Origin: Pseudodesulfovibrio mercurii
GTDB taxonomy: Bacteria > Desulfobacterota > Desulfovibrionia > Desulfovibrionales > Desulfovibrionaceae
DNA length: 32,000 nt
Assembly: GCF_000189295.2 (NCBI RefSeq)
Contig: NC_016803.1
Location: forward strand, 1,530,001 to 1,562,000
Direction of reading: 5' to 3'
Numbering within the stretch: the stretch's first letter is position 1; each line of letters starts with the position of its first letter. Both the position numbers and the translations under genes were made by a program. Shown piece by piece: positions 25,897-32,000 of this stretch. The notes beneath the pieces are model-generated. The model worked only from the letters and a program-made list of their open reading frames with translations, did no database searches and had not been told where the DNA came from.

Positions 25897-26613
25897 ATGC
25901 ATGACTTTTTCGCCCCGCACCTGCTGGACCTGCTCTGCCTGGCCGTGTCGGCCGGGCTGTTCACGTTCTACCACCTGTACGTGCGCCACAAGCTCAAGGC
26001 CAACCCGACCTATTCGCTGTACGGGGCCACGACCATCGCCCGCACCGCCTGGGTGGTCAACGTCATGGAGGAGAAGAACGACATCCTGGCCGTGCAGACC
26101 CTGCGCAACTCGACCATGGCCGCCACCTTCCTGGCCTCCACCTCCATCCTCCTGGCCGTGGGGCTGCTGACCCTGTCCGGCCAGGCCGACAAGCTGGGCG
26201 AGACCTGGCACGCCATGAACCTCTTCGGCTCCCGCGCCGAGAGCACCATCACCCTCAAGCTGCTGATCATCCTCGGCAACCTGTTCATCGCCTTCTTCAA
26301 CTTCTCCTTCGCCATCCGGCTGTTCAGCCACGTGGGCTTCCTGATCAACACCCCGCCCGAGGAAGGAAGCTACGGTGCGTCCATCACCTTCGTGGCCATG
26401 GAGCTGAACAAGGCGGGCGGCTATTTCCACATGGGCATGCGCGCCTACTACTTCCTGGTGCCGCTCATCTTCTGGCTGTTCAGCCCCCTGTTCATGCTCG
26501 CGGCCACGGTCACACTGGTGCTGATCATGTCCCGGATCGAAAGGACCCCGGACCTGGACTGCGAATATCTCGGCACCCTGTTCCACAATTCCTGCACCCT
26601 GCCGCGCAAATAG
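25897..26613 (+). CDS. Multi-pass membrane protein, DUF599-like
   Basis: ORF 25888..26613. ATG 25897 is preferred because GGAGGG abuts ATG 25888. Several hydrophobic helices. The ILAVQTLRNSTMAATFLAS pattern recalls DUF599, a family call made from memory only. Confidence 0.55.
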   Translation: MHDFFAPHLLDLLCLAVSAGLFTFYHLYVRHKLKANPTYSLYGATTIARTAWVVNVMEEKNDILAVQTLRNSTMAATFLASTSILLAVGLLTLSGQADKLGETWHAMNLFGSRAESTITLKLLIILGNLFIAFFNFSFAIRLFSHVGFLINTPPEEGSYGASITFVAMELNKAGGYFHMGMRAYYFLVPLIFWLFSPLFMLAATVTLVLIMSRIERTPDLDCEYLGTLFHNSCTLPRK

Positions 26614-26829
26614 CCCCAGCGTCCGGCCTGCCATCCTCCCCCCGCCGGGGAAAACCGTCACCCCGGGCAGGGACGTACGGCAGCCGCAGCCTGTTGCCGA
26701 ACGGGATTTCGGCTCGGAAATTTCACGGATTAGTCTGTTGAACTATACAATAAAACACGTTAGGTTTCGTTCCGTAATTACTGGCAGCATCGGCAAGGCC
26801 GGACAAACAGCAAGACCTGCGGTACGGAA

Positions 26830-27774
26830 ATGAAATCGATCTCACTTGTTGTCCCCGTGTACAATGAAGAAGAATCCCTGCCCCTTTTCTTCACAAGACT
26901 CGATGATATAATTCTGAAGAAAAACGATGCGGAGAAGTATGACTTCGAGGTTCTCTTCATTGATGACGGAAGCCGGGATGCATCTCTGGCACTGATCAAG
27001 GCGCAAGCGGACGCCTCGGACCACATCAAATACATCTCCTTTTCCCGCAATTTCGGGAAGGAAGCGGCCCTGTCTGCAGGCATCAGACACGCCACGGGCG
27101 ACGCCGTCATCCCCATAGATGCCGATCTGCAGCATCCCCTGGAACTTGTATGGGAAATGCTGGACAAGTGGGAGCGCGGGGCCGACATGGTCGTCGGCGT
27201 CCGGGACAAGCGGTCGGACGAGGGCTTCCTGAAGAAGAAAATCACCAAGGGTTTCTACAAGTCCATCAACAAGATCAGCGAGATACCGCTCATCGAGAAC
27301 GCGGGCGATTTCCGGCTCCTCGACAAGCAGGTCGTCTCCGTCATCCGGGAGCTCCCGGAAAACAACCTGTTCATGAAGGGGCTCTTCTCCTGGGTCGGCT
27401 TCAAGGTGGACACGGTCCACTTCGAGGACAAGCCGAGGCAGGGCGGAAAAACAACCTGGAATTACTGGAAACTGTGAAACTTCGCCCTGGACGGCATCAC
27501 GGCCTTCTCCACGGTCCCCCTCCGGATCTGGACCTATGTGGGGGCCGGGGTCTCCGCCGTCGCCTTCCTGTTCGGCCTGTTCACCCTGATCAAGACCCTG
27601 TTTTTCGGGGTGGACGTTCCGGGCTACGCCTCCCTGCTGATCGTCATGCTGTTCCTGGGCGGCATCCAGCTCGTGGGCATCGGCATCATCGGCGAATACG
27701 TGGGCAGGATTTTCAATCAGGTCAAGGGACGTCCCAATTATATCGTGAAGTACAAGAGGGGATTCGATGATTGA
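26830..27774 (+). pseudogene. gtrB: GtrB/ArnC-like polyprenyl-phosphate glycosyltransferase (GT2) interrupted by in-frame TGA at 27475-27477
   Basis: ORFs 26830..27477 and 27538..27774 share a frame (offset 708). Read-through gives ...TTWNYWKL-[TGA]-NFALDGITAFSTVPLRIWTYVGAGV... GT2 motifs: LVVPVYNEE, FIDDGSRD, PIDADLQ. The two C-terminal TM helices lie beyond the stop. Confidence 0.7.
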
Positions 27775-28135
27775 CAAGCTCGTCCACAGCGGCACTGTGG
27801 TGAATGCATTATTCCTGTCCGCGCTGCTCGCCTTTTCCCACGCCCTGCTCAAGTACGCCTCGCAACACAAGAGCAACGGGGTCGTCGATTTCTTCCTTTC
27901 CAACTGGATCGCCGTGGGCTGTTCCCTGGCCATCTACGGCTTCATCTTTTTCTACTACTCCTACATTCTCAAGGTGATCCAGATCAGCACGCTCTACCCG
28001 ATATACACGGGGCTTTCGATCATGCTCGTCTTCCTCATCGGCGTGTTCTGGTTCGGGGAAAAGACCTCCGCCATGCAGTGCCTGGGGGCGGCCTTGATAA
28101 TCATCGGCGTGGTCATCGTCTCCAGAGGGGCCTAG
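27767..28135 (+). CDS. Small 4-TM EamA/ArnE-ArnF-like (DMT/SMR-type) membrane protein, candidate lipid-linked sugar flippase, 122 aa
   Basis: Four hydrophobic segments, the STLYPIYTGLSIMLVFLIGVFWFGEK pattern, and a C-terminal GAALIIIGVVIV. An ATGA overlap joins it to the gtrB-like end. Confidence 0.6.
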   Translation: MIDKLVHSGTVVNALFLSALLAFSHALLKYASQHKSNGVVDFFLSNWIAVGCSLAIYGFIFFYYSYILKVIQISTLYPIYTGLSIMLVFLIGVFWFGEKTSAMQCLGAALIIIGVVIVSRGA

Positions 28136-28357
28136 CGGCGCCGCGGACGTCGGCGGGACCACGTCCCCCCGCCATGGAGCGGCCGGATACCGAAAAAACC
28201 AGCCAGGCGCGGGCCCGAGGGTGCCCCATGCGGGCAAATGGATTTTGGCACGGCATGAACGATGCCGCGCGACACGGTTCAATACGACAGAGGTTTTGAT
28301 GACGATCCGTCCATGCCGCCACGACAGCAATACGGGCAGAATCCGTCAGTGAGGTCA

Positions 28358-29878
28358 ATGATGCAGTGTATCAAGGCATGCAGGACGTTGTACGACGTCC
28401 TGCGCGATGTGGTCGTCAGGAATTACCCGACATGCATCATACTGACGATTTCATGGTTTCTCGTCTTTTCCACGTACATCTTTTCCGGCAGGCTCTACAT
28501 AGACGACATAGGCAGGTCCATCAGGAACTACGACCTCTGGAGAACCGGAGGCCGTCCTCTCGCTGACATCCTCAGCCGCAGCCTCTATCTGTCCTCCTCC
28601 CCGTTCAACATATCGCCCATCAGCCATCTCCTGTTCTTTGCCGTCATGTCTTTCGTGGGCGTGATTATTGTCAGAATGTTCAATCGGAAAGAGTCGTTAC
28701 GTAACGTCATCTACATCTTTCCCATCGGCATGTCGCCCTTCATCATCCAGATCGCCTCCTACGCGTTCGATTCCCCCTGGTATGCCATCGGCGTCCTGAC
28801 GGCCACGCTTTCCGCCCTGACCCTGACATTGGAAACGGGCTTCCTGGCCGGGGTCACCCTGCAGGTATTCTTCATCGGCTGCTCCCTGTGCCTGTATCAG
28901 CCGACCTTCGGCGTCTACGTTCTCCTGGCCCTTTTGCTCATGTTCAACCGTCTGCTGCTGGGGAAAAGCATTCGCGGAATACTGTCGCAGACAGCCGTCT
29001 CATCCATCTGCGCACTGTCCCTGTACAAGATCATCTTGTCCTTCATGCCTCTTGCCTGGTACGCCGAGAACCACAAAGGGCTTTTCGGTATCAGGGACCT
29101 GCTCAGCGGATTCCTTGTCAACACGGGCCAATACATCTCGCTATTGCGTTCCGACTGGCAGGGCACGCCGTTTGGTTACCTCATGTTGGCGTTCATCCTG
29201 CTGTTCCTGCTGGGCGCTTTCCTGTACATCGGCAAGGATCGCCCGACCAGGACACCGCTCTACCTGGTCACGCTCGCCATCATTCCCCTCTGCGTGCTCG
29301 TCATCGGGGGGGTCCAACTGCTTCTGGCAAAACCGGTGTGGCATTACCGGGTCCTGGTGGCGGGCAGCGTCCTGGTCACGGCCCTCTATTTCGCCCTGCC
29401 CAGGATCAGCTCCAGGCTGCTGGGCAACGTCCTGGGCGTCGTCGTGGTGCTGATCTGCATCCATTCCGCCCTGTACGTCTCCCTCTATGGATACATCTCG
29501 AAAATCCAGGTCCAATACGAGACGTACATCCTGAACCATCTGGTCTTTGACGTGGATTCCTGCCTCGACAAGTACAACGACCTGGCGTCGTTGGACATAC
29601 AGGGAACAACGGGAGTCTCTCCGGCGCTCGCCAATGTGTACGGGATCTATCCGACGATGAAACGGCTCAACCCCGCCACCCTCGACGGAAGAAGCTGGTG
29701 GGGTTACATGCAGCTCCAGTATTACAGCCGGCGCGTGGCGGGGTTGGCCTTCGAGGCGTCCACCGCCACCAGCCTGCCCCCCGCCGTGGTCCGCACGCCG
29801 TACTACTCGATCTACGTCGCCGACAGGGAGCTGATCATCCGCTTCCCCGAGGTGCCCCCGCCGCCCGCACACGAATAG
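28358..29878 (+). CDS. Large polytopic membrane protein, GtrII/GtrC-like glucosyltransferase
   Basis: ORF 28262..29878. ATG 28358/28361 after GAGG is preferred. The N-terminal YIDDIGRS...LWRTGGRPL motif resembles the DD...R...GR signature of the Glucos_trans_II family. There are about 10 or more hydrophobic helices. The start is uncertain. Confidence 0.55.
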   Translation: MMQCIKACRTLYDVLRDVVVRNYPTCIILTISWFLVFSTYIFSGRLYIDDIGRSIRNYDLWRTGGRPLADILSRSLYLSSSPFNISPISHLLFFAVMSFVGVIIVRMFNRKESLRNVIYIFPIGMSPFIIQIASYAFDSPWYAIGVLTATLSALTLTLETGFLAGVTLQVFFIGCSLCLYQPTFGVYVLLALLLMFNRLLLGKSIRGILSQTAVSSICALSLYKIILSFMPLAWYAENHKGLFGIRDLLSGFLVNTGQYISLLRSDWQGTPFGYLMLAFILLFLLGAFLYIGKDRPTRTPLYLVTLAIIPLCVLVIGGVQLLLAKPVWHYRVLVAGSVLVTALYFALPRISSRLLGNVLGVVVVLICIHSALYVSLYGYISKIQVQYETYILNHLVFDVDSCLDKYNDLASLDIQGTTGVSPALANVYGIYPTMKRLNPATLDGRSWWGYMQLQYYSRRVAGLAFEASTATSLPPAVVRTPYYSIYVADRELIIRFPEVPPPPAHE

Positions 29879-29913
29879 CCCGACGCCCGACGGAACGCGC
29901 GCCCGCAACCGGC

Positions 29914-30402
29914 TCAGGAGACGACCCAGACGGTGCGGTCCTTGGCGTGGTGGATGAGCTTGTTGGAGACGCTGCCGAACAGGAACTCCTCGGCCTTGGA
30001 CACGCCCCGGCGGCCGATGACCAGGGTGCCGTAGCCGCCCTCCTCGGCGATGGACAGGATCTCCAGGGCGATGTTCCGGCCGTGGCTGCAATCCTCCGCG
30101 CCCTCGGGCCGGGCCGCACAGCTGTCGATGTACTGGCTGCAGACCTCCCCGGCGGACAGGCCGCCCGCCTCCAGTTCGGCCGCCGCCCGATCAAGGAAGT
30201 CGCGCATGGCCTGCGAGTGCTCCCTGCACTGTCCGGACCAGCTGGTCTCGTCCGGGAACATGTCCCGCTCCGGCAGCCGCTCGATGTGCACCAGGAGCAC
30301 GTCGTATCCCCGGCCGCCGTCCAGGATGGCCGCGGCGTAGCGCACGGCGCGCAGCGAATTCTCCGAACCGTCCACCGCGATGAGCACCTTCTTGAAATCC
30401 AT
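29914..30402 (-). CDS. Universal stress protein (single UspA domain), 162 aa
   Basis: ORF 29914..30468 trimmed to ATG 30402 (MDFKKVLIAVDGSENS...). ATP-type motif VIGRRGVSKAEEFLFGSVS. Confidence 0.8.
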   Translation of the reverse strand: MDFKKVLIAVDGSENSLRAVRYAAAILDGGRGYDVLLVHIERLPERDMFPDETSWSGQCREHSQAMRDFLDRAAAELEAGGLSAGEVCSQYIDSCAARPEGAEDCSHGRNIALEILSIAEEGGYGTLVIGRRGVSKAEEFLFGSVSNKLIHHAKDRTVWVVS

Positions 30403-30446
30403 GACCGCCCCCTTCGGGCTGAGGTTGATGGCGCGGGCCGCCCGGT

Positions 30447-31406
30447 TCAGCCGAGGAGCGCGCGGCACGGCCGAAGCTCGTCGAGCAGTTCCTCCACGGT
30501 GTCGTAGAAGACCTCGGCCTGTTGCGAAAAATGCAGGAACACGTTGTTCAGGGCCGCCGGGATGTAGGGGAAGAGCTTGCGCAGGTTGACCACCCGGTTG
30601 CGGATGACCAGGGAGTGGTCGCCCCGGTCCAGGCCGTTCAGGACCTCGGCGGAAAAGCCGCCCTGGTCCAGGTTGCCCAGGTTCCAGACCTGCTTGCCCG
30701 CGCAGTAGATGAGGATGTTGCCCAGGCCGAAGATGTCCAGGCCGAACGGGTTCTCGTGGAAGTCGAAGGTGTAGTCGAAGTCGATCCAGCGGTAGGCGCC
30801 CGTGCCGTACTCGATGAACAGGTGGTCACGCCGGATGTCGCCGTGCTTTTCGCCTTGGGCGTGCAGGGAGGCGATGGCCTCGCAGGCCCCCATGAAGTTG
30901 TCGAGGATGGCCGGGAAGTGCTCGTGGAAATAGGTCTCGTGGTCCGCCTTGACGGCGTAGACGTACTTGCCGATCTCCCGGCCCTGGACGATGTCCAGGA
31001 TGCGCACCGGGTTGTCATGGTCGTCCCGACGGGTCACGCCGTGCATGAAGCGATGGTCGTCGGCCACCAGGTCCAGGATACGCGACTCCTTTTCCGGGCT
31101 GCGGTAGCACAGGACCTCGAAGTCCCCGACGTTGAGGGGGAAGCGCTCGAAAAAGACCAGCTTGAGAATCTTGGGCTGGCCGCTCTCCAGCTCCCGGCAG
31201 CGCTTGACCCAGTACTTGGGGTCCTCCATGCCGAAGCGCCGCTCGCTCTCGTCCTTGAGCACGAGATAGTGCGACCCCGCCAGCTCGATGACGTCACCGT
31301 GGTTGATGTCCATGAACTGGGTGGTGTCCGTGAACACCTTGCCGCAGCGCCGGACATCGAATTCCGGCATGTACCGTTCCACAAGCTCCCTGACCGCGTC
31401 CGACAT
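30447..31406 (-). CDS. Protein-kinase-like fold protein with atypical catalytic loop, 319 aa
   Basis: HGDIRRDHL resembles HRDxKxxN but has Arg for Lys and His for Asn. WIDFDY resembles DFG. The candidate VAIK-type Lys is in PKILKLVF. No clear Gly-rich loop. Confidence 0.5.
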   Translation of the reverse strand: MSDAVRELVERYMPEFDVRRCGKVFTDTTQFMDINHGDVIELAGSHYLVLKDESERRFGMEDPKYWVKRCRELESGQPKILKLVFFERFPLNVGDFEVLCYRSPEKESRILDLVADDHRFMHGVTRRDDHDNPVRILDIVQGREIGKYVYAVKADHETYFHEHFPAILDNFMGACEAIASLHAQGEKHGDIRRDHLFIEYGTGAYRWIDFDYTFDFHENPFGLDIFGLGNILIYCAGKQVWNLGNLDQGGFSAEVLNGLDRGDHSLVIRNRVVNLRKLFPYIPAALNNVFLHFSQQAEVFYDTVEELLDELRPCRALLG

Positions 31407-31452
31407 GGCGACCCCCGCTTGACCGGTTCCCGAGAGAGTTCCCTACTCTTGC

Positions 31453-31481
31453 AGGATATTCGGCCGGGCGGGATATGGCAA
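31453..31481 (-). promoter_or_regulatory. Candidate sigma70-type promoter for the kinase-like/USP pair
   Basis: The minus strand reads TTGCCA (31481-31476), a 17-nt spacer, then TATCCT (31458-31453). It lies about 45 nt upstream of ATG 31406. Confidence 0.35.
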
Positions 31482-31547
31482 GTATTCATTCCGGCGCGGC
31501 CGGAACTCCTGTAGCGGCGGTACGGACCGGCGGTGCGGACCGGGCGG

Positions 31548-32000
31548 CTAGCGCCCGGCCAATCTGGACTTCAGGGTCTGGGGGTAGTCGGTGATGATGG
31601 CGAAGCAGCCCGCGTCGAGCAGGGACAGGGCGCGGTCCATATGGTTGACCGTGTACGGCGAGACGCGGATGCCCGCTTCGGCCAGGCGGCGGACCGTGTC
31701 CTCGTCCAGGATGGCCTCGTCCGGATGGTAGCCCACGGCGCCCAGGTCGCGCAGGTACCCCTCGATGTCCTCGGGGTGGCGCTCCTCCACCAGGGCGGCC
31801 ACGGGGATCTCCGGGGCCAGGCGGCGCATCTCGGCCAGGTAGTCGTGGTTGAAGGAGGAGATCAGGACGAGGTCCTCGGCCCTGGCCTCGCGGACCTTGC
31901 GCAGGACTTGGGAGACGATGGACAGGTCGCCCGGAGCGTGGATCAGGTCCTTGATCTCCAGGTTCATGGGGAAGTCGTTGCGCCGGATGAAGGCCAGGGT
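31548..32000 (-). CDS. Glycerophosphodiester phosphodiesterase (GDPD) family protein, C-terminal part (5' end beyond window)
   Basis: The ORF-track Met at 31967 is internal: the frame stays open to 32000 (...TLAFIRRNDFPMNLEIKD...). NLEIKD, LISSFNHDYL, VSPYTVN and IITDYP are GDPD-like. Confidence 0.7.
   Translation of the reverse strand, partial: TLAFIRRNDFPMNLEIKDLIHAPGDLSIVSQVLRKVREARAEDLVLISSFNHDYLAEMRRLAPEIPVAALVEERHPEDIEGYLRDLGAVGYHPDEAILDEDTVRRLAEAGIRVSPYTVNHMDRALSLLDAGCFAIITDYPQTLKSRLAGR

Noticed and set aside
23933-26170. 745-aa (+) ORF and 531-aa (-) ORF across the orphan activator, and small ORFs 24003..24335 / 24064..24321 in the intergenic region
   Set aside because: They are out of frame or antisense to the AAA+ activator. 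The small intergenic ORFs lack an SD, have odd composition, and overlap the dyad array, which reads better as regulatory DNA.
27475-27477. TGA in the gtrB-like gene considered as a second selenocysteine codon
   Set aside because: The aligned residue in homologues is, from memory, a conserved Trp in a non-redox membrane-proximal segment. I saw no convincing hairpin in the 40 nt downstream. A nonsense mutation, sequencing error or leaky read-through is more parsimonious.
28246-28260. TGGCACG upstream of the GtrII-like gene as a sigma54 -24 box
   Set aside because: The -12 position reads GAAC, with no TTGC/TTG at the required spacing.
31450-31466. CGGCCGAATATCCTGCA (minus strand) upstream of the kinase-like gene as a sigma54 promoter
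   Set aside because: The GG-to-GC spacing is one nucleotide too long and sigma54 spacing is strict. The same region fits a sigma70 -35/-10 better.

Overview
High-GC, densely coding, Desulfovibrionaceae-like chromosomal window. All calls were made by eye from the sequence and ORF track, with no database search. I support 24 genes. Many long ORF-track entries are antisense or alternate-frame artefacts of the GC content. Content, left to right: (1) a sigma54-driven USP-like gene; (2) a membrane sensor kinase plus NtrC-type regulator, divergent from a sigma54-promoted operon for a Tat-signal 4x[4Fe-4S] ferredoxin and a 714-aa AOR-family W/Mo oxidoreductase (YdhX/YdhV-like); (3) a B12-binding radical SAM gene; (4) an Fe-alcohol dehydrogenase with a PAS kinase and a second sigma54 activator; (5) an ~11 kb minus-strand heterodisulfide-reductase-like cluster: solo IS3 OrfA-like HTH, hdrA, mvhD-like, FrhB/FdhB-like, a 1142-aa double HdrA-like protein, hdrC, hdrB, tandem USP, HdrD/DsrK-like; (6) a divergent orphan sigma54 activator; (7) a DUF599-like membrane protein; (8) a lower-GC GtrB/flippase/GtrII-type glycosylation islet; (9) USP, a kinase-like protein and a partial GDPD gene. 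The most notable observations follow. The HdrD-like gene is split in the ORF track by an in-frame TGA followed by a hairpin, and is probably a selenoprotein. The giant HdrA-like protein carries an inserted receiver-like domain with Gly at the phospho-acceptor position, and the neighbouring orphan activator has the same Asp-to-Gly change. A dyad array of TCTTGC/GCAAGA half-sites lies between that activator and a -24/-12-like hdr promoter. The gtrB-like gene has a TGA at a conserved Trp codon. No rRNA, tRNA or CRISPR was seen.
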